From a candidate division FCPU426 bacterium (lineage in GTDB: Bacteria; Oederibacteriota; JAAXVQ01; JAUVAV01), in the NCBI GenBank assembly GCA_030637655.1, contig DAOWGI010000119.1, positions 1-15,091 on the forward strand: DNA of 15,091 bases, in the 5' to 3' direction. The notes below the pieces were generated by a model. It had not been told where the DNA came from. It searched no databases and was given only the letters and a program-made list of their open reading frames with translations. How positions within the stretch are numbered: position 1 is the stretch's first letter; each line of letters begins with the position of its first letter. Positions 1 to 9,349 of the stretch are shown in pieces. The translations under genes and the position numbers were made by a program.

Positions 1-1
1 C

Positions 2-64
2 TATACCATTGAATTAAAGGCGGCCGGGAAAAAGCATAAGGCTAAGATACCCATCAAACCTTGA
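2..64 (+). CDS. 3' end of an upstream CDS (partial), ...YTIELKAAGKKHKAKIPIKP*
   Basis: Open frame from the window edge to TGA at 62-64, ending 34 nt before the next ATG. Only 20 residues are visible, so the product cannot be assigned. Confidence 0.5.
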   Translation, partial: YTIELKAAGKKHKAKIPIKP

Positions 65-98
65 CGATGCATATTCAGTTGTGAAAGGGGAAAACGTA

Positions 99-2000
99 AT
101 GTATAGAAGCAGAAGCTTAAAAGTATTTTTTTTACTCAGTTGTCTTGGCTGTTTGGCTGTGTTGCCGGCTCTGGTCCTGGCGGAAGATTCTATTATTAAT
201 AGCTACAAAAATGCCATTGCCGTGGATCCGAAGGATGTAATCGCGCATTTTAATTTGGGTTTGGCATATTATAAATTGGAACAATTTGATGAGGCCCGTA
301 AAATTCTGGAGAAATGTCTGAATTTGAACCGTGCGGATAAAGCCTCGCATAAACAAGTGGATGGAACAACCAATCAATTGCTGGGTATTATTTATTATTC
401 CCATGTCAAAAACGACCGAAAAGCTATTACGGCTTTTCGTCGGAGTTTACGCCAACTGCCCGGCGATGCAGATACTTTTTATGCCATGGGGCTCGCTTAT
501 TTGCGTCTTAAAGAATATCAGAATTCAATTCAGGCATTTCAAAAAGCCGTTAGCAGTGGACGGACTAAAGATGCTGAAGTGTATTACCACATAGGCCGGG
601 CGTATTTTGCCGTAAAAAAGAAGCAAGAGACCATTCTGAATTATGAGAAGGCCCTTGAAATTAATCCGGAATTTCAAGTGGTTTTGGAAGCTTTGGGTGT
701 GATTTATCATCAGGAGAAAAGAGAGGACGAAGCGATTAAGGTATTAAAACGCCTGGTTAAACTGGATGCCATGAATTTTAATGCCAATTATTTATTGGGT
801 TTGAATTATTACCGAAAAAAAATGTATTCTGAAATGGTAACTGCCTATAACCGGGCAGTTGCCGTGAAACCGGATTTGGCTGATGCTCATTACAATTTGG
901 GCATGGCCTATTATTACCAAACGCGCTATGACATGGCGATCGCTGCTTTGAAAAAAGCGGTAACCTTAAATCCGAAAGATTCGGAAGCCTTCAATTTGTT
1001 AGGACAGGCGCAGACTGCGTCTGTGGAAATGCACATGCAAAAAGCCGGTCTTTTAATTGCGAAAGAGCAATACAATCATGCGATTGCTGAATTCCAAAAG
1101 GTGCTGGAGATTGACAAGACCAATCATAAGGCCAAAGCGCTTTTGGATGATACGGAACGAAAATTAAAAGAAGAATTTGCCGCGCATTTGAGTTTGGCGG
1201 ATAAATTTTATGCAGACAAGCGTTTGGAAGATGCTTACAACGAATACGAGCATGCGCTCCGCTTGGGTCCGGGATCGCAAAGAGCCCGGGTGGGGATGAA
1301 AAAGGCACGGGTTCAAATCAGCAAACTGTTGGCTGGTAAATTACGTAGTGGAAAAGCAGCTGAAAAAATAGGTGATTATGAGAGTGCCCGCGAGCGCTAT
1401 GAGTCAGCGCTCAAATTAAAACCCGGATATGCTCCGGCCAAACAGGCGCTGAACGCTTTGAAAACCAAATTGACGGCCAAAATGCAGAGTTTGTACCGTG
1501 CCGCGAAAAAGTATACGGCTGAGAATAAAATGAAGCGGGCAGCTAAACATTATCGCAGCATAAAAAAAATGTCTCTGGTTTTTAGGAATGCGGCCTGGGA
1601 AGAAAAGGCGCTTTCCGGCTTGACCCGTGTGAATTCCAAAAAAGCCAATCTGATTCGCAAGTATTTGGCGCAGGGCAAAAAGGCCTACCAAGCCAAAGCA
1701 ATCGCGCAAGCTAAAATAGTATTTAGCCAAGTCCTCGCCTTGGATCCGCGAAATCGCACTGCTAATGACTATATTGTAAAATTGACAGGCTCGCAGTCCG
1801 AAGTCAAGGTGGCTGCGGAAAAAGTCAGGAAAATGTATTATCAGGGCGTTGATCTGTATGTGAAAGGAAAAATCAAAGAAGCCATCCAAGCCTGGCAAGA
1901 GGTGCGGGTTTTGGATCCGAATAATGAGGATGCCACAATTAATATCAAAAGGGCTAAAGCCAAGTTGCTGGCAATTCGCAAATTGACTGAGGGAAAATAA
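99..2000 (+). CDS. Exported tetratricopeptide-repeat (TPR) protein
   Basis: More than ten TPR-like units (e.g. AHFNLGLAYYKLEQFDEA, AHYNLGMAYYYQTRYDMAIAALKKAVTLNP). N-terminal signal peptide MYRSRSLKVFFLLSCLGCLAVLPALVLA-ED. ATG 99 is preferred over GTG 81 because AAAGGGG lies just upstream of it. Confidence 0.9.
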   Translation: MYRSRSLKVFFLLSCLGCLAVLPALVLAEDSIINSYKNAIAVDPKDVIAHFNLGLAYYKLEQFDEARKILEKCLNLNRADKASHKQVDGTTNQLLGIIYYSHVKNDRKAITAFRRSLRQLPGDADTFYAMGLAYLRLKEYQNSIQAFQKAVSSGRTKDAEVYYHIGRAYFAVKKKQETILNYEKALEINPEFQVVLEALGVIYHQEKREDEAIKVLKRLVKLDAMNFNANYLLGLNYYRKKMYSEMVTAYNRAVAVKPDLADAHYNLGMAYYYQTRYDMAIAALKKAVTLNPKDSEAFNLLGQAQTASVEMHMQKAGLLIAKEQYNHAIAEFQKVLEIDKTNHKAKALLDDTERKLKEEFAAHLSLADKFYADKRLEDAYNEYEHALRLGPGSQRARVGMKKARVQISKLLAGKLRSGKAAEKIGDYESARERYESALKLKPGYAPAKQALNALKTKLTAKMQSLYRAAKKYTAENKMKRAAKHYRSIKKMSLVFRNAAWEEKALSGLTRVNSKKANLIRKYLAQGKKAYQAKAIAQAKIVFSQVLALDPRNRTANDYIVKLTGSQSEVKVAAEKVRKMYYQGVDLYVKGKIKEAIQAWQEVRVLDPNNEDATINIKRAKAKLLAIRKLTEGK

Positions 2001-2012
2001 AAATACAGGTAT

Positions 2013-2170
2013 CATGTCAGTGAAGCATTTTTTTAGTTTGTCATCCGTGAATGCAGCCCCCACCCTGTCATCCCCGAATGCTTGTATCGGGGATACGGTT
2101 TAAAAAACCGGATTCCCGATTAAACCCTCGGGAATGACAACCTTTGTTTAACCGGCAGTTCACTGACATG
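2013..2170. mobile_element. MITE-like element with 12-bp perfect terminal inverted repeats, carrying an internal palindromic repeat
   Basis: CATGTCAGTGAA (2013-2024) and TTCACTGACATG (2159-2170) are exact reverse complements. TA dinucleotides lie one base outside each end (2010-2011, 2172-2173). No credible coding capacity. Confidence 0.55.
2066..2139. repeat. (C/T)GTC-tagged palindromic repeat doublet (dRS3/RPE-like, three hairpins)
   Basis: TGTCA...TGACA ends enclose three stems: ATCCCCGA/TCGGGGAT (2070-2094), CGGTTT/AAACCG (2096-2110) and ATTCCCGA/TCGGGAAT (2112-2135). Matches the GTCATTCCCG...CGGGAATGAC repeat class. Confidence 0.75.
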
Positions 2171-2283
2171 TTACAGAATACAGAATGAAACCCAGCAAAA
2201 GGCTGGCCACATAACCAAAAAAACGAGCACAAAGAGATCGCCGGTAAAACATATGAGGAACGCAGAAAGGGGAATGAAGTAAC

Positions 2284-4953
2284 GTGAGTCAGCAAGAGAC
2301 GCAAACAATAACCGGAGAAAAAGAGGGGCAACTTTCTTCAAAATACAATCCGAGAGCCACTGAAGAGAAATGGTACACCCGCTGGGAAGCCTCGGATTTA
2401 TTCCGAGCTCAACCAAATTCGGAGAAACCAGTCTTTTCTATTGTCATACCGCCTCCGAATGTGACCGGATCGTTGCATATCGGTCATGCGCTGAATAACA
2501 CCTTGCAAGATATTTTGTGCCGTCAAAAACGCATGCAAGGTTATGATGTGCTCTGGGTCCCAGGCTGCGATCACGCAGGTATTGCCACGCAAAATGTGGT
2601 TGAACGGCAGTTGCACAATGAGAAAACAACGCGGCATGATTTGGGTAGGGAAAAATTTGTTGAGCGCGTTTGGAAATGGAAAGAGGAGTACGGTGGAACC
2701 ATTATGCGGCAACTACGGCGATTGGGTTCTTCACTGGATTGGTCGCGTGAGCGTTTTACCATGGATCCGGGTCTCTCGGAAGCTGTTAAGGAGACATTTG
2801 TCCGATTGTATCATGAGGGATTAATTTATCGCGGGGATTATATTATCAACTGGTGTCCGCGTTGTCATACTGCGCTTTCTGACATTGAAACAGAGCATAA
2901 AGACATGTCAGGTCACTTTTGGTTCATTCGCTATCCGCTGGTCCAGGGGGAAGGTGACATTGTGGTAGCCACCACACGACCGGAAACCATGCTGGGAGAT
3001 ACGGCAGTTGCGGTTCATCCGGAAGATGAACGGTATCAGCATATGATCGGTAAAAAAGTTCGTCTCCCTTTGCTGAACCGTGAAATTCCTGTTGTGGCGG
3101 ATACCTATGTGGATCGTGAATTTGGAACCGGTGCTGTGAAAATAACTCCGGCACATGATCCGAATGATTTTTGGGTGGGAGAGCGGCATGATCTGCCACG
3201 AGTGAATGTGATGAATCCGGATGGCACCATGAGTTTCGCCGCCGGCGTTTATGCCGGCTTGGACCGGTTTGCCTGCCGGAAAAAAGTAGTGGATGATTTG
3301 GAAAAAGAAGGGTTGTTGGTAAAAATTGAAGATCATGAACACGCGGTAGGCCATTGCTATCGCTGTCATACTGTGGTGGAGCCCTATTTGTCCTGCCAAT
3401 GGTTTGTGAAAATGAAACCTTTGGCTGAACCGGCCATGGCTGCTGTGCGTGAGGGGAAAATTCGTTTTACACCGGATCACTGGGCCAAAAACTACTTGGA
3501 GTGGTTGGAAAATATTCGGGATTGGTGTATTTCACGTCAGATCTGGTGGGGGCATCGTATCCCGGCCTGGTACTGCGAGTCCTGTCATGAAATTCAGGTG
3601 GCCAAGGAAGCTCCGGAAAAATGTCAAAAATGCGGACATGACTCTCTGTGCCAAGATTCGGATGTTTTGGATACCTGGTTTTCCAGCGGCTTATGGCCCT
3701 TTTCCACACTTGGCTGGCCCCAACCAACACCTGAGTTGAAACGCTATTATCCTACCAGTGTGCTGGTAACGTCTTGGGACATTATCTTCTTCTGGGTCGC
3801 GCGTATGGCCATGTTGGGATTGAAGTTCATGGGTGAGGTGCCCTTTCAGGAAGTATGTATTAATTCCCTGGTCGGAGATGCTGAGGGTAAAAAAATGAGT
3901 AAGTCCAAAGGCAACACTGTTGATCCTTTAGATCTGATGGAACACAGTGGAGCGGATGGACTGCGGTTTACTATGGCCATGATTGAAACCCAAAGCCGCT
4001 ATGTGGCATTTACGCCGGACCGTTTGGAATCCTCGCGCAATTTTGTCAACAAAATTTGGAATGCTGCGCGTTTTGCTTTAATGAATCTGGAGGATTACGC
4101 AGAACCGAAAACAGTTCCTGTGCCCGGCTTCATTGCTGCGTGGATTCAATCCCGGCTGGATGCCACAGTAGAAAAAATTAATGAAACAATACCCGGGTAC
4201 CGTTTCGCGGAATCAGCCCAAGCTTTATATGATTTCATTTGGCATGAATTTTGTGATTGGTATTTGGAGATCATTAAACCGAGACTGTACAGCGATAACA
4301 AAGAAGAACGCCGGCAAACCCAATATTACCTCTTGCAGAGTCTGGATGAGATGCTGCGTCTCTTGCATCCGTTTATGCCTTTTATTACCGAAGAGATTTG
4401 GTCGAAACTACCCGGTCAGCGGGATTATCTCATGCGGGCTAAATGGCCAATGTCGCAAACACGCCGCCGAGATCCGAAAATCGATAAAGAGATGAACTTG
4501 CTGCAGCAGGTGATTTATGCGGTCCGCAATATCCGCGGTGAAATGAATGTGTTGCCCGGCAAAAAAGTTCCTTTGCACATTAGGCCTTTAACAGGGGACG
4601 GACAAATATTAAAACAGCATTCGGAAATACTCATGAGTTTAGCGAAGCTGGCATCCCTGGAGATTGATCAGAATTTGAAAAAACCGGAGTTCTCGGCGAC
4701 CGCAGTTACCGCCGGATTGGAATTGTTTGTTCCGCTGGCAGGAATCATTGATTTGGATAAAGAACGCGGTCGTTTGGACAAAGAAATTAACACTTTAGCA
4801 GGGTTGCTCCGGAATTTGGAAGCGAAATTGAAGAACGAGAAATTTATCCAGCGTGCTCCGCAAGCTGTGGTTGACACGGAAAAGGCCAAACAAGCGGATT
4901 ATATTCAACGTTTGACCCAATTGCGGGAAAATCGCCGACAGTTTACCGCGTAA
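2284..4953 (+). CDS. valS: Valine--tRNA ligase
   Basis: [13 protein letters not shown] (HIGH), [42 protein letters not shown]-terminal coiled coil; 889 aa; GTG start with AAAGGGG upstream. Confidence 0.98.
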   Translation: MSQQETQTITGEKEGQLSSKYNPRATEEKWYTRWEASDLFRAQPNSEKPVFSIVIPPPNVTGSLHIGHALNNTLQDILCRQKRMQGYDVLWVPGCDHAGIATQNVVERQLHNEKTTRHDLGREKFVERVWKWKEEYGGTIMRQLRRLGSSLDWSRERFTMDPGLSEAVKETFVRLYHEGLIYRGDYIINWCPRCHTALSDIETEHKDMSGHFWFIRYPLVQGEGDIVVATTRPETMLGDTAVAVHPEDERYQHMIGKKVRLPLLNREIPVVADTYVDREFGTGAVKITPAHDPNDFWVGERHDLPRVNVMNPDGTMSFAAGVYAGLDRFACRKKVVDDLEKEGLLVKIEDHEHAVGHCYRCHTVVEPYLSCQWFVKMKPLAEPAMAAVREGKIRFTPDHWAKNYLEWLENIRDWCISRQIWWGHRIPAWYCESCHEIQVAKEAPEKCQKCGHDSLCQDSDVLDTWFSSGLWPFSTLGWPQPTPELKRYYPTSVLVTSWDIIFFWVARMAMLGLKFMGEVPFQEVCINSLVGDAEGKKMSKSKGNTVDPLDLMEHSGADGLRFTMAMIETQSRYVAFTPDRLESSRNFVNKIWNAARFALMNLEDYAEPKTVPVPGFIAAWIQSRLDATVEKINETIPGYRFAESAQALYDFIWHEFCDWYLEIIKPRLYSDNKEERRQTQYYLLQSLDEMLRLLHPFMPFITEEIWSKLPGQRDYLMRAKWPMSQTRRRDPKIDKEMNLLQQVIYAVRNIRGEMNVLPGKKVPLHIRPLTGDGQILKQHSEILMSLAKLASLEIDQNLKKPEFSATAVTAGLELFVPLAGIIDLDKERGRLDKEINTLAGLLRNLEAKLKNEKFIQRAPQAVVDTEKAKQADYIQRLTQLRENRRQFTA

Positions 4954-4973
4954 AGCACAAAAGAGGGCTTGGC

Positions 4974-5819
4974 ATGGGAATGGTCTTATCAAAAAAAGCA
5001 ATGAGTGAAGCGGTTAAGCATGCCTTGGCAGAAGATGTCGGCAGCGGTGATATCACTACGCAGGGAATTGCCAGGTCCGGGGATACTATTGCCGGATATA
5101 TTGCGGCCCAAGCTGACGGTGTGGTGGCCGGAATACCGGTGGTGGAAGAAGTATTTCGCCAATTGCACAAACAGATAAAAATTGTTGTGAGGAAAAAGGA
5201 TGGCGCGCCGGTTCGGTCACAAGATGTTATTCTGCGTATCCAAGGGCCGGCTTTGCCGATTCTGACCGGGGAACGGACGGCTTTGAATTTTTTAGGTATG
5301 TTATCCGGAGTGGCGTCGGTAACCAGGACTTATGTGGATGCCATTAAAGGGAGCAAGACGGAAGTGCTGGATACACGCAAAACAACACCGGGATTACGGC
5401 GCTTGGTCAAGTATGCGGTGGCAATCGGAGGCGGACGGAATCACCGGATGGGATTATACGATGCCGTATTAATTAAAGATAATCATATTGCCCTGGCCAA
5501 CGGATCGATTACAGAAGCGATTCAACGAGTCAGAAAGCATAGCGAAAAAAGGATGCTCCTGGAAGTGGAAGCAGAAACTCTGGAGCAAGTGAGAGAGGCT
5601 GTGGAAGCCGGTGTGGATATCATTTTACTGGATAATCTCTCCGGTCGGGCTTTGCGGCAAGCTGTGGCTTGCGTCAAAGGACGGGCCTTGATCGAAGTTT
5701 CCGGGAGCATTAGTTTGTCCTCAGCGAAAGTAGCTGCCGGTTTGGGTGTGGATCGTATTAGCGTAGGAGCGCTAACGCATTCTGTGGCGTGGCTGCCTGT
5801 GCACCTGGAACTGGTATAA
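4974..5819 (+). CDS. nadC: Nicotinate-nucleotide diphosphorylase (quinolinate phosphoribosyltransferase)
   Basis: ALAEDVGSGDITT, ERTALN, DTRKTTPGLR, NHRMGLYDAVLIKDNH, EVE, ILLDN, ISVGALTHS. The start could alternatively be ATG 4980. Confidence 0.97.
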   Translation: MGMVLSKKAMSEAVKHALAEDVGSGDITTQGIARSGDTIAGYIAAQADGVVAGIPVVEEVFRQLHKQIKIVVRKKDGAPVRSQDVILRIQGPALPILTGERTALNFLGMLSGVASVTRTYVDAIKGSKTEVLDTRKTTPGLRRLVKYAVAIGGGRNHRMGLYDAVLIKDNHIALANGSITEAIQRVRKHSEKRMLLEVEAETLEQVREAVEAGVDIILLDNLSGRALRQAVACVKGRALIEVSGSISLSSAKVAAGLGVDRISVGALTHSVAWLPVHLELV

Positions 5820-5824
5820 AGCGT

Positions 5825-6808
5825 ATGTTGGCAACCAGTGAGGTATTGGCCCTGTTGCGTTCGCGCCCGGAAAAGTATGTTTCTGGTGAAGAGCTCTCGA
5901 AACGTTTAGCGGTTTCGCGTACGACTGTTTGGAAACACATACATCACCTGGAGGCTGAAGGGTATGCCATTGAGGCGGTTCCAAACCAGGGCTATCGTTT
6001 GGTCTCCACGCCGGACCGGTTGGTGCCTGAAGAAATTACGGCCGGACTTAAAAGCAAACGGTTTGGCAAAAAAATATTTTGTTACCAACAAACAACTTCA
6101 ACCAATGACCGTGCCATGGCATTGGCCGCGAATCAGCTGCCGGAAGGAACTGTAATTACCGCGGAACATCAAACGCATGGCCGGGGCCGGAGAGAACGAA
6201 ACTGGATATCAAAGGCTGAAACCAATTTATTGTTTTCGCTGCTTTTTCGTCCGCCTTGGATCGCGGAACAAGCATCGCTGATCACATTGCTTATGGCTGT
6301 GGCAGTCGCGAATAGTATTCGGCAAAAAACCGGACTGTCAGCCCGGATCAAATGGCCTAATGATGTGATGGTGCAAGGAGCCAAAGTGGCAGGTATTTTA
6401 ACTGAGATGCAGGCTCAGGCCGATAAAATTGATTTTGTGGTCTGTGGTGTGGGGATAAATGTGAATTCCATGCCTGTTCGTGCTGTGCGGACGCCAACGC
6501 TTTCGTTGGCCAGGGCCCTGGGGAAAAAAGTGGAACGGCTTCCGCTTTTGCGGCACATTCTTGAGGAAGTGGAACGTCTCTACCAGGAGGCGCTTTCCTT
6601 CGGGACGGATGGCATTGTGCAAGCGTGGCAAACTTTATCCTGGTTGCAAGGAAAAGTGGTGACTCTGAGACAACCACATGGTGAGCATGTTACCGGAACA
6701 GTTATGGGTATTGATGAAACCGGGGCGCTCTTGCTGCGGCAGGATACGGGTTTGATCAAACGCGTGGTGAGTGGGGAAATCGGGGACTTAAGGGAAAGCT
6801 TATGTTAA
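5825..6808 (+). CDS. birA: Bifunctional biotin--[acetyl-CoA-carboxylase] ligase / repressor with N-terminal HTH
   Basis: SGEELSKRLAVSRTTVWKHI HTH, STND, AEHQTHGRGR, IKWPND, KVAGIL, GVGIN, GIDETGALL. ATG 5825, 5 nt after the nadC stop, is preferred over the track start at 5789. Confidence 0.95.
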   Translation: MLATSEVLALLRSRPEKYVSGEELSKRLAVSRTTVWKHIHHLEAEGYAIEAVPNQGYRLVSTPDRLVPEEITAGLKSKRFGKKIFCYQQTTSTNDRAMALAANQLPEGTVITAEHQTHGRGRRERNWISKAETNLLFSLLFRPPWIAEQASLITLLMAVAVANSIRQKTGLSARIKWPNDVMVQGAKVAGILTEMQAQADKIDFVVCGVGINVNSMPVRAVRTPTLSLARALGKKVERLPLLRHILEEVERLYQEALSFGTDGIVQAWQTLSWLQGKVVTLRQPHGEHVTGTVMGIDETGALLLRQDTGLIKRVVSGEIGDLRESLC

Positions 6809-7581
6809 TAACCATTGATGTTGGCAATACACATATTTGTCTTGGCATTTTTGCTCAAGATCATCTGGTCAAAGAATTTCGGATCAGCACCAACCGGCAC
6901 GCGACCGCGGATGAAATGGGATTAGTCCTGTCAGGATTGTTAAGTGGAGTCAATGCCTCGGTGGGTTGGGAAGGGGCTGTGATCTCCAGTGTGGTGCCGG
7001 AATTGGATTCGGTTATTTCCCGCGCGGTCTGGAATGCTTTTCGCTTGAAGGTTTTAAAAATAGCGCCGGATATGTTACTGCCTATTAAAAATCAATATCA
7101 TCCTGCGCATGTGGTCGGTGCCGACCGACTCATGAATGCAGTGGCTGTTGTACATGAGTTTGGGACTCCGGTCATGGTGGTGGATTTTGGGACAGCCATC
7201 ACCGTTGATGTGGTTTCCAAACAGAAGTCCTATTTGGGTGGCGCGATATTGCCCGGTTTGTCTTTGGCGGCGGATGCTTTGGCACACAACACTTCCTTGC
7301 TGCATCGCGTGGAATTGCGCGTGCCACGCAAAGCGTTGGGGCGCAATACGGAAGAGAGTCTGCGAGCCGGCGTATTGCTGGGTGCGGCCGGAGCAGTCTC
7401 CCTGGTAATAAAAAAAATTCGGAAAGAAATGGGGTGCTCACCGGAAGTCATTGCTACCGGAGGGATGGCGTCGTTGGTAGTGGCGCATTGTCCGGAAATC
7501 AAAATCATCCGGCCGCACTTAACCCTGGATGGGTTGCGGCTTTCCTGGGAATATTCCAGGCAGCGGAGAAAAAGAAAATGA
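6802..7581 (+). CDS. coaX: Type III pantothenate kinase
   Basis: IDVGNT, SSVVP, GADR, VVDFGTAIT.D, GGAILPG, IATGG, LTLDGL. Overlaps the birA stop by 7 nt. Confidence 0.96.
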   Translation: MLITIDVGNTHICLGIFAQDHLVKEFRISTNRHATADEMGLVLSGLLSGVNASVGWEGAVISSVVPELDSVISRAVWNAFRLKVLKIAPDMLLPIKNQYHPAHVVGADRLMNAVAVVHEFGTPVMVVDFGTAITVDVVSKQKSYLGGAILPGLSLAADALAHNTSLLHRVELRVPRKALGRNTEESLRAGVLLGAAGAVSLVIKKIRKEMGCSPEVIATGGMASLVVAHCPEIKIIRPHLTLDGLRLSWEYSRQRRKRK

Positions 7582-8150
7582 AGATCGGTTTATCAGCTCA
7601 ACTGGGTATTGGTCTCTTGCTTTTATTTGCCGTCTTGGGAATTCTTGGTGTTCAGAGCGCTAAAACACCGTTGCCGCAATCTCAGGCGACGGCTAAAACA
7701 ACAAAATCGGTCAAATCACCGTATTTACGCCTGGAAAAACAGATCGTGGAATATGGCTTTTATACTTCGCAGGGGGAATGGATTTCATCGCGAACCAATC
7801 AGGGAAAAATTATATTGTTATATTTTTGGGCCACTTGGTGTCAACCATGCCGGGAAATGGTACCGAAATTAAATACGCTTTGGCATAAATATAAGGACAA
7901 TGGTTTTAGCCTGGTCATGGTATCCTTGGATGAGGAATCGGAAAAAATTCATGCCTTCATGGAGAGCAAAAAGGTGGCCTTGCCGTATACCTATTTACCC
8001 CATGCAGTAATTACGGATTCGGAATTGGTTGCCGGCATTCCGACTATGTATCTGCTTTCGAGCACCGGCCGGATTTTAAAAAAAACCGAGGGCATAATTT
8101 CGTCGGAGCAGGTGGAGCTTGAGGTGCTGGGTTATTTAAAAAAGCGCTAG
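7578..8150 (+). CDS. Membrane-anchored/exported TlpA/ResA-family thiol-disulfide oxidoreductase
   Basis: N-terminal hydrophobic segment, GKIILLYFWATWCQPCREM (CxxC), VSLDE, GIPT cis-Pro loop. ATG 7578 forms an ATGA overlap with the coaX stop, so the track start at 7434 is rejected. Confidence 0.9.
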   Translation: MKIGLSAQLGIGLLLLFAVLGILGVQSAKTPLPQSQATAKTTKSVKSPYLRLEKQIVEYGFYTSQGEWISSRTNQGKIILLYFWATWCQPCREMVPKLNTLWHKYKDNGFSLVMVSLDEESEKIHAFMESKKVALPYTYLPHAVITDSELVAGIPTMYLLSSTGRILKKTEGIISSEQVELEVLGYLKKR

Positions 8151-8158
8151 GAGCTATC

Positions 8159-9343
8159 GTGGAAAAAGGAGTCGGGCGGTTGGGATTTGCATGTGGTGTG
8201 GGAAAAGGAAAAGACAACAATACGCGCAAGGCAGCCATCCAAGCGGCTGAAAGCTGCTGGATCAATCTGGGATCTGCCATACCCAAGCTGTTATTGTTGT
8301 TTATCAGTCCGTTATATGATCAGGAAACCGCGTTGGCCGTGATTCGCAAGGTATTTCCGGATATTCCGATATTGGGCTGCAGTTCAGCCGGTGAGATATA
8401 TACTCGCGGACCGGATGAACAATCCATCGCGTTGGTCGGCTTGGCCGGTGTTTCAGCGACTGTAGCGCAAGGAGGTGATATGAATCAGGATGCCTTTACT
8501 TCCGGAAAAATCCTGGGTGATATTTTAGGCCGGGCCAAAGGTGAGATGGTATTGATGTTGAGCGATGGGTTAGCCGGTGATGGAGCGGCTGTTATCCGAG
8601 GGATGCAAGCGGAATTACAGCAGGAGATTATATTGATTGGAGGGGCGGCCGGGGATGATGCTGCGTTTAAAAATACGGATTTATATTTAAACGATCGTGT
8701 CTTGTCAGGAACGGTTATCGGAGCACGCCTGCACGGCAATGTAATGTATGGTATTGGCGTGCATCACGGTTGGGAACCAGTGGGTTTGCCGGTGACTGCC
8801 ACCAAATCCGAAGGCAATCGTTTAATAGAGATCAATGGTATTCCGGCCATAAAACTCTATGATGAATATTTTGGTGAATACACAGAACGTCTGCGTACAG
8901 AAACATTGGCGCGTTTGGCAGTGTATTATCCACTAGGTTTGGCAGTGCCGGAATCCGAGGAATATTTGCTGCGCGCTCCTTTGTCCGTGGAAAATGACGG
9001 AACGATTCGTCTGACAGCGGAAGTTCCCGAGGGCTCGCCGGTACGCTTGATGATTGGCAGTGTGGACAGCGCTTTGGAGGCTGCTCGTTGCGCTGCGAAT
9101 GAAGCGCTGGCGCAAATGAAAGGACGACCGCCTAAGTTAGCGCTGGTCATAAATAGCGTGGCACGCCGTCGTTTGTTGGGGTCCAAAGCCAATGAGGAGA
9201 TTAAAATTATTTGTGAGATTATTGGTGAGACCGTACCGGTGGCCGGCTTCTATTCCTATGGTGAGGTAGCGCCGTTGAATACCTGCAAGAACAAGAATTC
9301 CTGTTTTCATAACGAAACCATTGTGATCTTAATTTTGGGGTAG
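8159..9343 (+). CDS. Stand-alone FIST-domain (FIST_N + FIST_C; NosP-like) sensor protein
   Basis: GCSSAGEI, GGAAGDD, HGWEPVG, EINGIPA, YPLG, VPEGSPVRLM, GFYSYGEVAP, FHNET. GTG start preceded by AGGAG overlapping the previous stop. Confidence 0.92.
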   Translation: MEKGVGRLGFACGVGKGKDNNTRKAAIQAAESCWINLGSAIPKLLLLFISPLYDQETALAVIRKVFPDIPILGCSSAGEIYTRGPDEQSIALVGLAGVSATVAQGGDMNQDAFTSGKILGDILGRAKGEMVLMLSDGLAGDGAAVIRGMQAELQQEIILIGGAAGDDAAFKNTDLYLNDRVLSGTVIGARLHGNVMYGIGVHHGWEPVGLPVTATKSEGNRLIEINGIPAIKLYDEYFGEYTERLRTETLARLAVYYPLGLAVPESEEYLLRAPLSVENDGTIRLTAEVPEGSPVRLMIGSVDSALEAARCAANEALAQMKGRPPKLALVINSVARRRLLGSKANEEIKIICEIIGETVPVAGFYSYGEVAPLNTCKNKNSCFHNETIVILILG

Positions 9344-9349
9344 AAGGCT

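Noticed and set aside
1416-2063. 215-aa antisense ORF, plus the many other short antisense and alternate-frame ORFs in the track
   Set aside because: They overlap well-supported + strand genes, show no recognisable motifs, and are expected shadows of codon bias.
2172-2186. Tandem TACAGAA x2 beside the right TIR, considered as a target-site duplication
   Set aside because: The left flank shares only TACAG and it is not flush with the TIR; too short to interpret.
2171-2283. T-box riboswitch or attenuator leader upstream of valS
   Set aside because: No T-box consensus (GGGTGGNACC) or U-tailed terminator. The two tiny ORFs (2185-2214 MKPSKRLAT; 2253-2282 MRNAERGMK) contain no Val codons.
2068-2416. 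Minus-strand ORFs 2068..2331 and 2171..2416
   Set aside because: They overlap the valS start and/or the palindromic element, with no RBS or domain evidence.
5789-5824. N-terminal extension of birA in the ORF track
   Set aside because: It overlaps the nadC 3' end; ATG 5825 gives a normal BirA N-terminus.
7434-7577. N-terminal extension of the thioredoxin in the ORF track
   Set aside because: It overlaps coaX by ~150 nt; ATG 7578 places the signal anchor at the N-terminus and gives an ATGA coupling.
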